Assembly (NCBI RefSeq): GCF_021869535.1
Contig: NW_026262712.1
Span: 86,924,001 to 86,988,000, forward strand
Length of the DNA stretch: 64,000 bases
Reading direction: 5' to 3'
Source of the DNA: Mytilus californianus
Taxonomy: Eukaryota
Both the position numbers and the translations under genes were made by a program. Shown piece by piece: positions 25,801 through 38,215 of the stretch (position 1 is its first letter; each line of letters begins with the position of its first letter). The notes under the pieces were generated by a model that saw only the letters and a program-made list of their open reading frames with translations, searched no databases and had not been told where the DNA came from.

Positions 25801-27563
25801 AAATAAAAAACGTATTTAGTGGTAATTTCTATTCTAACATTTTAGACTTTATTATTTTTTATTTATTTATTATATTAGCACTTAGCAAATTGATGAATAT
25901 AATTATAACAAAAATTAAGACTACCGGTATATATCAAAGCATTAACAGTACTCAACTATCCAATTTATAAATGAATTGAATAATTATACCCCCGCACCAA
26001 AGGAGTGGGGTATTACTGGTTTACGACACAGTGGTAATGTTTTATTATGTCAATGTCAGTAATATTTTCTTGTGAATTTCAGAGTAAAGATTTTGTCCAC
26101 ATTACAGTTTATATCTGACCATGTTCCATTAACTGGGTTAATTCTACGTAAGTATTAATGGAATTTTTTTTGAAGAAAGAAGAGGTTTCATTGTATTTTA
26201 GAATTTAAGGGTGCACTTCTGTAAATATAGACAGTGCAATTTCCCATAGGAACACCTTTTACAGCTAAAACTGTGCCACTTTTACTATGAAGTTTCGTAA
26301 AAAAATTATATCATAGAATGGAAAGTTAATATGTGCAACTATTTTCTTCAAAGGTCAAAACATAGGGCTGTGTGGCATATTTTCAACATTTATATGCCTC
26401 GAACTTCTAAAAGTTTAAACTTATACTAAAATTCTGTACTACCCATCATTTCACTTTGGGTCTTCCTCAGAATTCAATTTGGCTGTTATCCATGTGTATT
26501 TATACTGGTAACCGTCCCAAGTTGTGTCTCTAAGAGATGAAGCATAGAGATCATATCTGGGAACCAGTAGGTAAACAAAAAATCTATGATTATTAAAATT
26601 CTCCCCAAAAGACGCGTGGTTTGTGAAACAGCTGTATTTACAAAGTGCAACCTTTAAGTTGACTATTTGCAGACAAAATAGCATTCCTTGTTTTATGAAC
26701 ATTTAAAAATAATAGTCACATGTGGGTACAAATATGTAAAACAAAGTTATGTCCAACATGAAGCAAAGTCTGCAGTACAAGTTTAGACATTTTTACGACT
26801 GTATTCCAATGACTTAAAAACTAATTGAATCGCCAGTGTATTTCACTTTAAAATCCTGATAGTACTTTGGAATACTCAAAGTATTGCACAGTTTTTGTTA
26901 TAAGTGTGGTATGAAAAAGGACTTGTGGTGGTAAAATTAAATGAGACAACATCCCAACAACATAAATCAAAATAGACATCTGGAGGTCACAATATAGTTT
27001 TCAATAATGTGCAAGTGCAATGCCATGAATATAAAAGAGGAGATGTATGATTTTCAATGAGACAACTATTCACCAGAGACCAAATGATATAGATATAAGC
27101 ATCTATAGGTTACTGTACTGTTATCATCAACAATGAGCGAAACCCATACTGTATAGTAAGCTATTAAAGGCCCAAACATGACAAAAGGTAAAACAGTTCA
27201 AACCAGAAAACCAATGTTCTGTGATTAATGTACAAAAAAAAAATAAAATAAACAACAACCACTGAGCCCAGTCAAGGAAAATTTGTAAGTACATTTATTC
27301 AAGAGGACAAATATCTTTTACAAACACAAACTTTTCAATAGATGAAAGTCCAAATGGACATGGAAACCAAGATCAAAGATACTTGAATTAAAGCATTCAG
27401 CTGTGAGAATGTTAATGTTTAATTATAAATATGTTCAATCTTGATTAATGTTTTTGTTTATGACACATTTCTACTATATAAATATTTTATTTTTGTTATA
27501 GGTCCATTGGCACAGTACCTACCTGCTTGGCAGAAAGTCTATTTCTACTTGTGGTCAACATAA
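13889..27563 (+). CDS. PEX16: Peroxisomal membrane protein PEX16, complete, 10 exons, 354 aa
   Basis: Exons 13889-14015, 17669-17781, 18301-18434, 20331-20448, 21059-21155, 21767-21922, 24618-24690, 25409-25528, 26083-26147, 27502-27563 (1065 nt, phases consistent). Hallmark motifs: RFEDSQVLSELVYLASNLLILLND, AEVFLEMAA, SWKPFLL, LLYLLKSPMYD, C-terminus RPLAQYLPAWQKVYFYLWST*. Confidence 0.96.
14823..16152 (+). mobile_element. HINE-like element family B with ~160-170-bp tandem array in PEX16 intron 1
   Basis: TTTTTATGCCCCC subTIR plus IR, GTCCGTCTGTACGTACGTCC microsatellite, about 7 units, GGGGGCATCAT and terminal hairpin GTGTCCACATGTGGACAC. Confidence 0.85.
19023..19292 (-). mobile_element. 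tRNA-derived SINE, full length
   Basis: Head GGGGGCCTCGGTGGCCGAGTGGTCTAAG (A box), GAGTTCGAACCCC (B box), conserved body and (CAAAT)n tail. A 5'-truncated copy lies at 21178-21325. Confidence 0.85.
19305..20007. mobile_element. 703-bp Tc1/mariner-pogo-like MITE
   Basis: TA TSD, TIR CAGTCGAACCTCG / CGAGGTTCGACTG, and subterminal GTCGAA repeats. Confidence 0.88.
21178..21325 (-). mobile_element. 5'-truncated SINE copy
   Basis: Matches the body of 19023-19292 and has a (CAAT)n tail. Confidence 0.75.
22178..24288. mobile_element. Kolobok-like non-autonomous element inside the U12 intron
   Basis: TTAA at 22174-22177 and 24289-24292. TIR AGGGACATTAGCT / AGCTAATGCACCT (11/13). Confidence 0.7.
22314..23738. 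mobile_element. 1.4-kb TIR element nested in the Kolobok-like element
   Basis: ~70-bp imperfect TIR starting TGTAGGACTCAAATCTATGGT. TATATA on both flanks. Arrays of subterminal AATCTATGG motifs face inward. Confidence 0.88.
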
Positions 27564-28183
27564 TCACTGACAAATTTTTAAATTGTTTATTAAACTGATA
27601 AATGTATTTTTTTACATGTTTCACATGTTGAATTTTATTTCAAACCATAAAGTTACAACATATATGTTTGATCACCAGTTTTATACCAAGTGACCAATTG
27701 TTCCATGCTCGACTTTGCTTTAAAAGACAAACAAAAGGAAGAAAGATATTTATATCAAATATATGAATGCACCTGTTACACATTGTTATCAGAAATGCCT
27801 AATTTTCTTTTATCTGCAAAGATAAGCAAATAAGCTACATCTTTCAGGGTATGGTTACTGATAACAATAAGGCTATCATAGGTGATCTTGAGGTATGATT
27901 GATTGGTAGAGGAGGTGGGATAGGTTATGCAGGATCATATCCAAATGTGGACCAAATCTTTGTTGAAATGTGAGCATGTAGGTACATCATAATATTTTGG
28001 AGGCTGGGCTGATAATTTAAAGGCTAACAGTTATCATGTCTAAAATAAAAAGTTACTGAATGATTTCTCATAAAGGAAAACCAGCATGAAAGTCTAGTCG
28101 AAATCCTATAGAAAATTTGTACATAATAATAAACCTTTTGTTATTTGTAAATAATGTCTGAAACATGGCATATTAGAAGTCCC

Positions 28184-28340
28184 AATTCTGGTTCACTGGC
28201 TAGACTCTCATGAAACAATTCTGGTTCACTGGTTGCCCTCTCAAGACACATTTCTGGTTCACTGGCTGCCCTCTCATGACACATTCTGTTTCACTGGCTG
28301 CCCTCTCATGACACATTTCTGGTTCACTGGCTGCCCTCTC
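28184..28340. repeat. 32-33-bp minisatellite, about 4.7 copies
   Basis: Unit TTCTGGTTCACTGGCTGCCCTCTCATGACACAT. CTGG/CTGT starts at 28188, 28221, 28254, 28286 and 28319. Confidence 0.9.
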
Positions 28341-28612
28341 AAATAATGAATGGAATAATACTTTTTAAATTAAACTAAATGAACAAAACAATTAGTAGAA
28401 CTACCTGTTCATGAAATAGCAGCCATTAAGAATAACACAATTTGTCACAAAATAGTCATTTTGTTGAAGACCGTACTGTGACCTATAATGGTTTACTTTT
28501 ATAAATTTTGACTTGGATGGAGAGTTGTCTCATTTGGCACTCATACCACATCTTCTTATATCTATTTTGTTATATAAATGAATATATTTAAAAATTCATA
28601 AAATTCAATCAA

Positions 28613-30239
28613 TTTTTATACGACCGCAAAAATTAAAAATTTTTTGGTCGTATATTGGTATGGCGTCGTCGACGTCGCTGTCCGGCGTCGTCGTCCGAAG
28701 ACACATTGGTTTTCGCACTCTAACTTTAGTTTAAGTGAATGGATCTCCATGAAATTTTACCATAAGGTTCAATACCACAAAAGGAAGGTTGGGATTGATT
28801 TTGGGGGTTATGGTACCAACAGTTAAGGAATTAGGGGCCAAAAATAAGCATTTTTGTAACTTCCAGACATAACTTGTGTGTTAGTGTATGGATCTCTCTG
28901 AAATTGTACCACAAGGTTCCATTTCACAAAGGGAATGCTGGGATTGATTTTGGGGGTAATTGCTGCAAAATTTTAGGAATTAGGGGCCAAAAAAGGGGCA
29001 AAAAACAAGCATTTTTCTAGTTTCATGATAATTACTTGTGTGTAAGCATATGGATTTTTTTTAAATTGAACTACAAGGTTCCATATCACAAAGGGAAAGC
29101 TGGAATTGAGTTTGGGGGTAATTGCCCTAAACGTTTAGGAATAAGGGGCCAAAAAGGGGCCAAAAATAGCATTTTTCTAGTTTCCAGACAATAACTTGTG
29201 TTCAAGTGTATGGATCTCTCTGAAATTGTACTGCAAGGTACCATACCACAAAAGGAATGCTGGGATTGATTTTGGGGGTAATTGCCTCAAAATTTTAGGA
29301 ATTAGGGGCCAAAAAGGGGCAAAAAACAAGCATTTTTCTAGTTTCAGGACAATAACTTGTGTGTAAGTGTATGGATCTTTATGAAATTGTACTACAAGGT
29401 TCCATATCACAAAAGGAAAGCTGGGTTTGAGTTTGGGGTAATTGCCCTTAACGTTTAGGAATTTGGGGCCAAAAAGGGGCCTAAAAACAAGCATTTTTTT
29501 AGTTTCCAGACAATAACTTGTGTTCAAGTGTATGGATCTCTCTGAAATTGTACTTCAAGGTACCATACCACAAAGGGAATGCTCGGATTGATTTTGGGGG
29601 TAATTGCTTCAAAATTTTAGGAATTAGGGGCCAAAAAGGGGCAAAAAACAAGCATTTTTCTAGTTTCAGGACAATAACTTGTGTGTAAGTGTATGGATCT
29701 TTATGAAATTGTACTACAAGGTTCCATATCACAAAAGGAGAGCTGGGTTTAAGTTTGGGGGTAATTGCCCTAAACATTTAGGAATTTGGGGCCAAAAAGG
29801 GGCCTAAAAACAAGCATTTTTCTAGTTTCCAGACAATAACTTGTGTTCAAGTGTATGGATCTCTCTGAAATTGTACTGCAAGGTACCATACCACAAAGGG
29901 AAGGCTGGGATTGAGTTTGGGGGTGATGAATCATAAGGGGGTTCAAAAAATTTAGTGGAGGGATTTTTTTTTTCTTTAAAATTTTCCATTTTGAATTGGT
30001 TATTTCTGATTTATATATAAAAGCAAATAATAATGATATGGTTTGAATAGGTAAATTAAAAAAATTTAATTTCTTAGACCACATTCATTCTGTGTCAGAA
30101 ACCTATGCTGTGTCAAATATTTAATCACAATCCAAATTCAGTGCTGTATCAAGCTTGAATGTTGTGTCCATACTTGCCCCAACTGTTCAGGGTTCGACCT
30201 CTGCGGTCGTATCAAGCTGCGCCCCAGCGGAGCATTTTA
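28613..30239 (+). mobile_element. HINE-like element family A, second copy
   Basis: TTTTATACGACCGC...GGTCGTATA, (CGT)n microsatellite, 8 units of ~161 bp, GCGGTCGTAT 3' subTIR, CTGCGCCCCAGCGGAGCA hairpin and T-rich flanks. Confidence 0.85.
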
Positions 30240-31307
30240 TTGAGTTTAGAAATATGTTATAACTAAATGTTCGGTGCTTCAATGCTGTATTTTTTTAGTC
30301 TGCTCACCTTTTAAAGCTTTAGTTGTCCTCTTTATGTTTGTGTAATATTCACTGAAACCCTATTTGAATTACCATTCTGATACTTAATATGATAACTCCC
30401 CCAATATTTGGACTACACTGGCTTTGACTGTCAATTGAGAGACCAAGCTTACTGTACATATTATAGTTTACAGGTTATAATTATTAATTTATAAAATTGT
30501 ATGATCAAATTGTTTTAAAAATCTATGAAACTTGATTGTTATGCAGAATATGCAAATTACAATGATTAAATACTTGACTAATAAAATTGTGTAAATACAT
30601 TACTTTTGTGTATTGTATACAATAAAGATATAGTAATGTGTACTGACTGCTCATTGCCTGATTTTACATCCAATATGTATGACTTGAGAGTTTTTAGTAT
30701 GAATAAAAGGAGATGTGTGGTATAAATCAATGAGACAGCAACCCAAAGACAAAAAAGTAAAGGACTTCTATGAAATTCATGGCTTCCAAAATAGCTATAC
30801 TTTCCTGATATTACCTGCAAAACTTATCCAATATCTAGCTTGCCCTCTGCTGAAAGGGACAACTAATGTTTATTTGCTATTTTAACATAATTCATGAAAA
30901 TAATTATTATCTTTTTTCCTCAGTTAAAACCAATTTTATTGAATTAAGTGGTTTTCTAGACTGATTTTGCCTTTTTATCTGTACTTTGTTATTCCATATT
31001 TCTCCCCTAAAGAATGTCTTCAATTCTGCATTGTTTATTTATTGCCATTTTTCTCTATTTTTGTTTTTTTATGCCCATTATTCTCTTTTCTTTATATTGT
31101 AGCACCCATTAATTTTCAATTCTTTATTTTTTACCTTTTTTTCTGCCATAAAAGTGGAGAGGTTTAGATCTCAATAAAATTGTTTAAAGTCCACTATATG
31201 ATGGTTTGCCTGTCCATAGAAAGGAAACTTTTTGGTTTTGGCGGTTTTTGTGGGTTTTTCCTTTAGTCTATTTGAGATTAATGAAAGTGATGACAAATCT
31301 GTAATAA

Positions 31308-33728
31308 TTTTTGTCTAGCCGGCGGCTAAAGTCACAGAATGATAGACATTTGGATTATAATCAGGTGGCAGGAGTTGTATACAGTTTTTTATTTCAGAAA
31401 GTAGAAGACCTGGATGCTTCATAACTTGTATGCAGATACCTTATGTCATGAAGTTTCTGTCTGTCACATGTCCATTGTCCTTGACCTCATTTCCATGGTT
31501 CAGTGACTGCTCAAAAAAAAAAGTAGGTTCTTTTTTCATGTTTTTTTCTTGCTTATTATAAGTAATATGATAAGTTTGATAACTGTATTTGGTATATGGG
31601 TTCCTTAAGTTTGATACTTCTACATGTTTGTCAGACAGGGTTCACTTGGCCTTGACTTTATTTCATTTTTCATTGATCAAGGTTAAAGTAACATCATAAG
31701 GTCTGTTTCTCAGATACAACAAGCAGTATAGGTCAGCTATATTTGGTGTATGAAATGATTGTTATGTGTACATTTCAGACTGGCAGGTTTCAACTGACCT
31801 TGACCTCATTTTCTTGGTTCATTGGTCAATGTTAAGTGTTTGTGTTTGGTCTGTTTTTGATTCAACCATGCTGGATCTATGTGATCACTCCGGATTTGGA
31901 GATGGTGCAAAATTCTAAGTTGAAGACATATCATGAAAATAATTATGTGTTTCTATGACTTGCAGGAACTTTATACACCATTTTAATCATCAAATGCCAA
32001 CTTTTAATATGTAAATTGTCCTTAAATGAAAAAAAGGTTGGGCAAACAACTTCTTTATTTTAGATATACACTTGCATATAGTTCCTTTGTAAATTAAAAT
32101 TTATATTAAATTGCCATTTATTAATTAATGTGGAAAATGTGATTTATCAAATTTAAGCAGTTGATAAGAATGATAAAGAATTTTAAGGCATTTTATCAGT
32201 ATCTTCTGTTCCTGTAAGCCATTGAATAAAATTTGGTTCAAGATGTGTATTGATATCAGAGTTGATTCCCACACTTTTTTGAAATGCTGTTATTCCCATT
32301 CTTGCATTAGGCAAATGAGATTATTGTTTCAATACCAGTATGATGGACAGCTGCCACGATTTTCAAACAATTACACTCAAAGGTGTAAGTATTAATTGGA
32401 TTAAACTCCACTCAAATGCAGTTTTAATTGACCACAGATATAATAACACATCATGACAGTTGATAATCATACTGGTATTGAGGTCAAGAATTTGTGTATT
32501 CAATTTATTACACATCTAACTGAATAAAAAAACCTTGACCTCAAAAGAACTTTGTAAAATCAGTGTCATAACCATCTGACATAAGTTGATGATTTTAAGG
32601 TCTATCAATAAACACAATTGCATAACTCTTACCTGAGCATTTTCTGCAATTAATTTATTTGTATATTCCCCATTATATTGCTATTTAACAGTATTGAAAT
32701 TATCTCAGCATTAGGTATTTGTACATTTATATTTGAATACAGGAATGTATTGTTTCTTTAATGAAGAATGAACACCAATTTAGGTAAAAGTTAGTTATTT
32801 ATTTTTGTTGTTGTTGAGAAAGTGAAGATTTCCTTTAACATTCTTGTCAGAGTCATTGAATTTCAAATGTTTCTAAAAAAAAGATGTATAAAAATCTGAC
32901 AGTGTCTTCAATTGAAATACCAAAATAATTTGCATCAATATTGCAAAATTTGCCATCTTTTGGCAATAGATTAGAAAATTTACAGTGAGATTATGGAAAT
33001 GAAGATAACAAAATAATTATTGAAAGTATGGTCAGAAAAAATGTCAAGACTAGCTACAAAGTTGGCTGAATCACAACATCCATGATGCTTTGATTTAAAT
33101 ATTATAAGCAATGAGTGAACTATATTTAATGTATGGAATGATTGTAATGTGTACATGTCTGCCTGGTAGATATCAGTTGTTTTCATGGTTCATTGGTCAA
33201 TATTAAGTTTCTGAAGTTTGGTCCTCCTCTAAGATACTATAAGTACTGTAATAGGTCAACTATTTTTGGTGTGTGGAATGATTGTAGGGTATTGATGTTT
33301 GTCTGGCAGGGTTCATCTGACCTTGACCTCATTTTTGTGGTTCATTGGTCAATATTTAGTTTTCCTGGTTAAGGCTGTTGCTTTGATATTATTAGCAATA
33401 GTTCAACTATACTTGGTGCATATAATGATTGTAATGTGTACATGTCTGTTTGTTATTTATCATCTGACCTTGACCTCATTTTCATGGTTCAATGTTTAAT
33501 GTTCATGGTTTGGTTTGTTTCCTTTCTACTATAATCAAAAGGTCAACTATATTTGGTGTATGGAATGATTGTAAGGTGTACATGTATATCTGCCATGATT
33601 TACCCGACCTTGACCTTATTTTCATTGATCATTGATAATATTAAGATTTTGTAATGCTTATTGTTAAACCTTTTTCTGTAAGACTTTCAACGTTAAATCA
33701 ATCAAGGTCATTAAAGCAGAGAAGACAA
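31308..33728 (+). mobile_element. HINE-like family C fragments (31308-31860 and 33118-33728) with TGACCTTGACCTCATTT-containing tandem units
   Basis: TTTTTGTCTAGCC start and repeated GACCTTGACCTCATTTTCATGGTTCA units. A better-preserved 3' end of the same family lies at 51020-51186. Confidence 0.6.
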
Positions 33729-34987
33729 AGTCATTGCATTGTTCATATGTTGCACTGTTACACAACTGTCCCAGGTTAGGGTGAGGGTTGGGTGCCCGCT
33801 GACATATTTAACCCACATTTTGTATGTACCTGTTCCAAATCAGGAGCTTGTAATCCAGTGGTTGTCGTTTGTTGCTGTATCTCATATTTGTATTTCGTTC
33901 GATGATTGTTTTTTTTTAATCAGGCCGTTAGTTTTCTCGTTTAAATTGTTTTACATTTGTCATTTCGGGACTTTTATAGCTGACTTTGCCGCGCGGTATG
34001 GGTTTAACTTTTGCCTATTGTTGAAGGCCGTACAGTGACCTTTAGTTGTTAACTTCTTTGCAATTGGGTCTCTGGTGGGGAGTTGTCTCATTGGCAATTA
34101 TTTCACATCCAGCATTTTGGTTTTTATCAAACAGATTTTTATTGATGCAAAATTCAATGATAAGTGTAAAAAATTATCCTCAATTATCAAATGAATATAC
34201 AATGCTATATTTCAAGGATTTCATTTTGTTATAGGAAGCCTTTTGTGACCAAATGTTGATAAAACTGTCCTCGCTTTATCATATTCTGAGAGTCATAAAT
34301 CCAGTCATTACAAAGTGTAACTGAATTTATTAAGAGTGACTTTTTTTCCGGATTCATGTACACAATTCTGCTAAAGCAAACTCACACATATAATGGTTCT
34401 TAATCTGTATATACTGACCTGTGTTCAGAAAGGGGCCAGGCCAGCAATACATGCATGACATGTATATTTCATTTAATACAAAATACAAAAATTCGGATGT
34501 CCTAAAAGTTCTGATTCGATCTTTTGTATTGGTGAACAAACAAATATGTAGATATATATATTGGATCTCCCAAAATAAACAAATGAAGCACTAAGCAATG
34601 AACTCAACTTACAGGTTGTGTGAATTTGTAACAAAAAATATATTTCATAATAATGTTCATCATAATGTAAATGTATTGTTTCCAAGAAAACATGATTTTT
34701 TTATAAAATGAAATGACCTAAATTTTAATTTTCGATTTGTATTTTTTATCCTTGGTTCAGCAGACGTTAATTGTTTACATAATTCATACAGTTACATATA
34801 AATAGATTTGTCAATAAATTGTACCATTTGCTTATACTCATTGTCAATGAAATAATCGAAAGTTAAAAGCAACACAATGAAGAGTAAACTGTTTTCTTTT
34901 ATTAATCAATTTTTTTCCTTAAGTATATTTCTTGGTCCAGGTGTGTTTTGTCAGTTATAAACCTGAAAAGTTTCAAAGTTTTGCGAC

Positions 34988-37900
34988 ATGCATTCCACAC
35001 TAACGTTTAGTTTGATATTTTTATTTAGCAATATCTGTATGGACTATGTCGAATCTAGTAAGTATTATATTTTTCTTTTATTAATATCATTGTCACCTAA
35101 TCAGACTTATTGCCGAATTGTACGTGTCCTGAGATTTTTCTTGTAAAGTCATTTGTCGGTTTTTTTGTTTTTTGTTTTTTAATGTGTTGTGTACTTATTT
35201 GACTTGTGATTGCCCCCTTTCTTGGTAGAAATTAGAAACGAATTACAGACAGGTTGGAAAATTGCTAAAAGGTATAGTGGAAGTTGATAAATGTATTCTA
35301 AGTTTTTACATTCAACAATTTTTTTTTTCGATGGGCCCCTCTGCTCGCCCCTCCTTTTTTTTAAATCTTTAATTTGGTCTTAATTTATCAATAAGAAATC
35401 AGTGAACCGTAACAATTCCGTTTTTCTTTTTAAAAAATCTTTATTACTACTAATTACTATATGCAATTGACACTTTCCAGTGTCTTATGATGATCAAAAC
35501 TGTGTAGTGGATGACACTTTACCAGCTTCATCAGCCGACAACTATATTGACTGTACATCAAAAGAAATGGTTGCAGCAGGACGAACTAAGTGTTGTAAAA
35601 TAGAGGGAAGTGTTGGGTGTTGCGAACCTGGTGGCAGGTATATATGTATTTGTATTTGTGTTACCAAAGATCAATCTCCGGACAAAAGAAGTCAATATAA
35701 GAATAAGAAGATGTGGTATAATTGCCAATAAAACAAATTTTCACCAGAGACCTAATGACGTAGAAGTTAACAACTAAAGGTGACCGTGCGGCCTTCAACA
35801 ATGAACAAAAACCATACCGCAAATTCAGCTAAAAAAGGACCCAAAATGACAAATGTATCTAACATCAAACAGCCTGATTTATGTACAAAACAATAAACGA
35901 AAAACAATATTTATCAAAGTTATTAAAATTATCAGACGGGTTTACTTAAATATTTAATTTACAAAAAACAAATAGACTCATAAAATGTCAGCTTTTCACC
36001 AAATAATGGAAAATAAGTCAGAATTATTCAGAATCTATCGTTTATAAAATTTGTTTTCCAATGAATGATTTTTTAATTAAACAAATTCAATGTCATTTAT
36101 CAATTGTAATAAGTAAAAAAATTTGAAAAAAACCATTACTGTTCAAATCACCAGAAAATAATTTAGAAAATATAATATGACAAAAATGTACTACAGTTCA
36201 ACACACCAACTGAATCACCAACACCCACCTCCTTCGAAAAAGAACCGCACCTCATCTATATATATAAATATATTAACATGATATGACTATACCAGAGACA
36301 TTATTATATGATAATACGTAATAGCTCTGACAATACGCATTTTTTAAACGTATTAAAATTAGTCCACCGCACTTGCTCCTCATTTCTGTTCGGTTTTAAT
36401 GTCACGCGACATAAAGACAACCGAACGAAAATGAGGAAATCGAACAAGTGCGGAGAACTTATTTTGATTAAATTGAAACGTGTACGAGTAACTCCATGTA
36501 ACGACATTTTTTTTAACATTTCAAGCATTTGGATACTTTCAAACACATCAATCGGCACCGAATAAGAAGCACTTTCAATTGAATAAATAAATTCCTGACT
36601 GAAGATTGCAGTTCACCTCGTATTGATAATGACTTTTCTTTGTTTTAGGTGGAAGAAAATTCTTGCCATGAGCCTGGGTATAGGACTGACATTCATAACT
36701 TTAGCTGTTATTTATATCTATTTGTTTTGGTGTAAGAAGGACACGATTCCCTGTCTCGGTCGTTGTCAGGATAAAATACAAAAGAAATACCATCAAGCTG
36801 AAGAATCACTTCCGTAAGTACAACGATAATGAGTTTAAGTTATATGTATTTTGAGACAAAAAGAACGACCGAATCTTTATAGAACATGTGACAATTCAGT
36901 TCACAGTCAATTGTCAAAAAACCCGTCTGCATTTCTTCTTATTTCTTGTGTCGTATGGGTAAATGAAATTATTACGGTAAACAGAAAAAAAATACCATTA
37001 TTTTCGCAATTTAGTACCGTTTGTCGACATACATACTGTATGTAACACGCATTATCATAATCTAAATTTAAAGATTCCTACTTTTTCATTTCAACTAGCC
37101 ATATTTGAGGTAAGCAAGTTTCTGAGATACTCCTCTGAACTCGTGACACGTTATAGTTGTTTATCATAAGTCCATGGCGGTCACCTTCCGTGTCAACATC
37201 TTACTTGATATAATTTGGAACTGCTGTTTTTACGACAAGTCTTCCAACATCACACCAATTAATTTCAGAAGTAAAAATAATATTTGCTGACACAACTCAT
37301 GCTACTTTTCGAACTCATTTTATCTATCTGTTTTAAGATATACAAAATTTTTAATGAAAAAAAAAAAAACTAAAAACACAATGAAGCAAAAGTTGTCAAA
37401 TTGTTAACCAAGAACAGCACAATTAAACGTACTTGAAGGCCACATCAATCCGTATCTATGTATTTTAAAACTTTGGAAAGGAAATCAGCGTCGAGCCTGA
37501 GAGAACGATATCTGCTCTAAATTAAGCCTCGATAGTTTAAAAACAATTTAAATGCACAGAACATATGCGATAGCTACTCAATAAGTTTAATTTACTAGTA
37601 TCATGTTAATGAAATAATAAGGAGATTTGCATGATTTCCAATTAGACAAGTGTCCACACAAGACCAAATTATGAGGATGTTAACCACTACAGGTCACCTT
37701 ACAGCTTTAAACAATCAGCAAAACCCATACCATATACAGTAGTAAGCTATTCAAAACATGGGATAAAAAAAATGCGAACAATTCAAAAGAGAAAGCTAAC
37801 GGGCTGAATGATAATGACAGACAGCAACCGACGACAACAAACATACAACTCGAGGAACCTGGCTTTATACACAATACAAAATAAGGCTAGGTAAAACATC

Positions 37901-38215
37901 AAAACTCGCACTGCTAAGTTGTTACAACCCAAAATTAGAACAAACTGAAAAGTGATGGACTCCTCAGATCGGAAACTAAGCAGAAACACAAATAACAAAA
38001 TGTGGTTTATCGTTCATGTTTATTTTGTGTCCTTGAATGTAAACCGATATTGGTATTTCAGATGTTGTGCCAGTCGCGTCGAAAGACGTAAACAAGAGGA
38101 GGAAATCATGGAAAAGTCAAAAGATCACCCGGCATTCAGCTTACCAGACGACGAATTTTGTAACTCAAATTATAAAGAAGAGTGGTGGAGTGGACAAACA
38201 ATAAAAAACTTTTGA
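34988..38215 (+). CDS. Small type I membrane protein, Shisa-like/STMC6-type (C-C-CC-CC ectodomain), 4 exons, 181 aa
   Basis: Exons 34988-35057 (signal peptide MHSTLTFSLIFLFSNICMDYVES), 35481-35637 (C..C..CC..CC), 36649-36813 (TM ILAMSLGIGLTFITLAVIYIYLFW plus juxtamembrane Cys) and 38062-38215 (CC...WWSGQTIKNF*). Canonical GT-AG introns, phases 1,2,2, 546 nt. Confidence 0.8.

Noticed and set aside
804-30239. Inverted HINE pair as ends of a composite transposon carrying LARGE/PEX16
   Set aside because: The left copy is inside a LARGE intron, there is no shared TSD, and the family is high-copy, so co-occurrence is expected.
32177-32390. ~70-codon open frame and 15-bp inverted repeat (32330/32466)
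   Set aside because: No recognisable motif or partner exons. This length can arise by chance or from TE decay.
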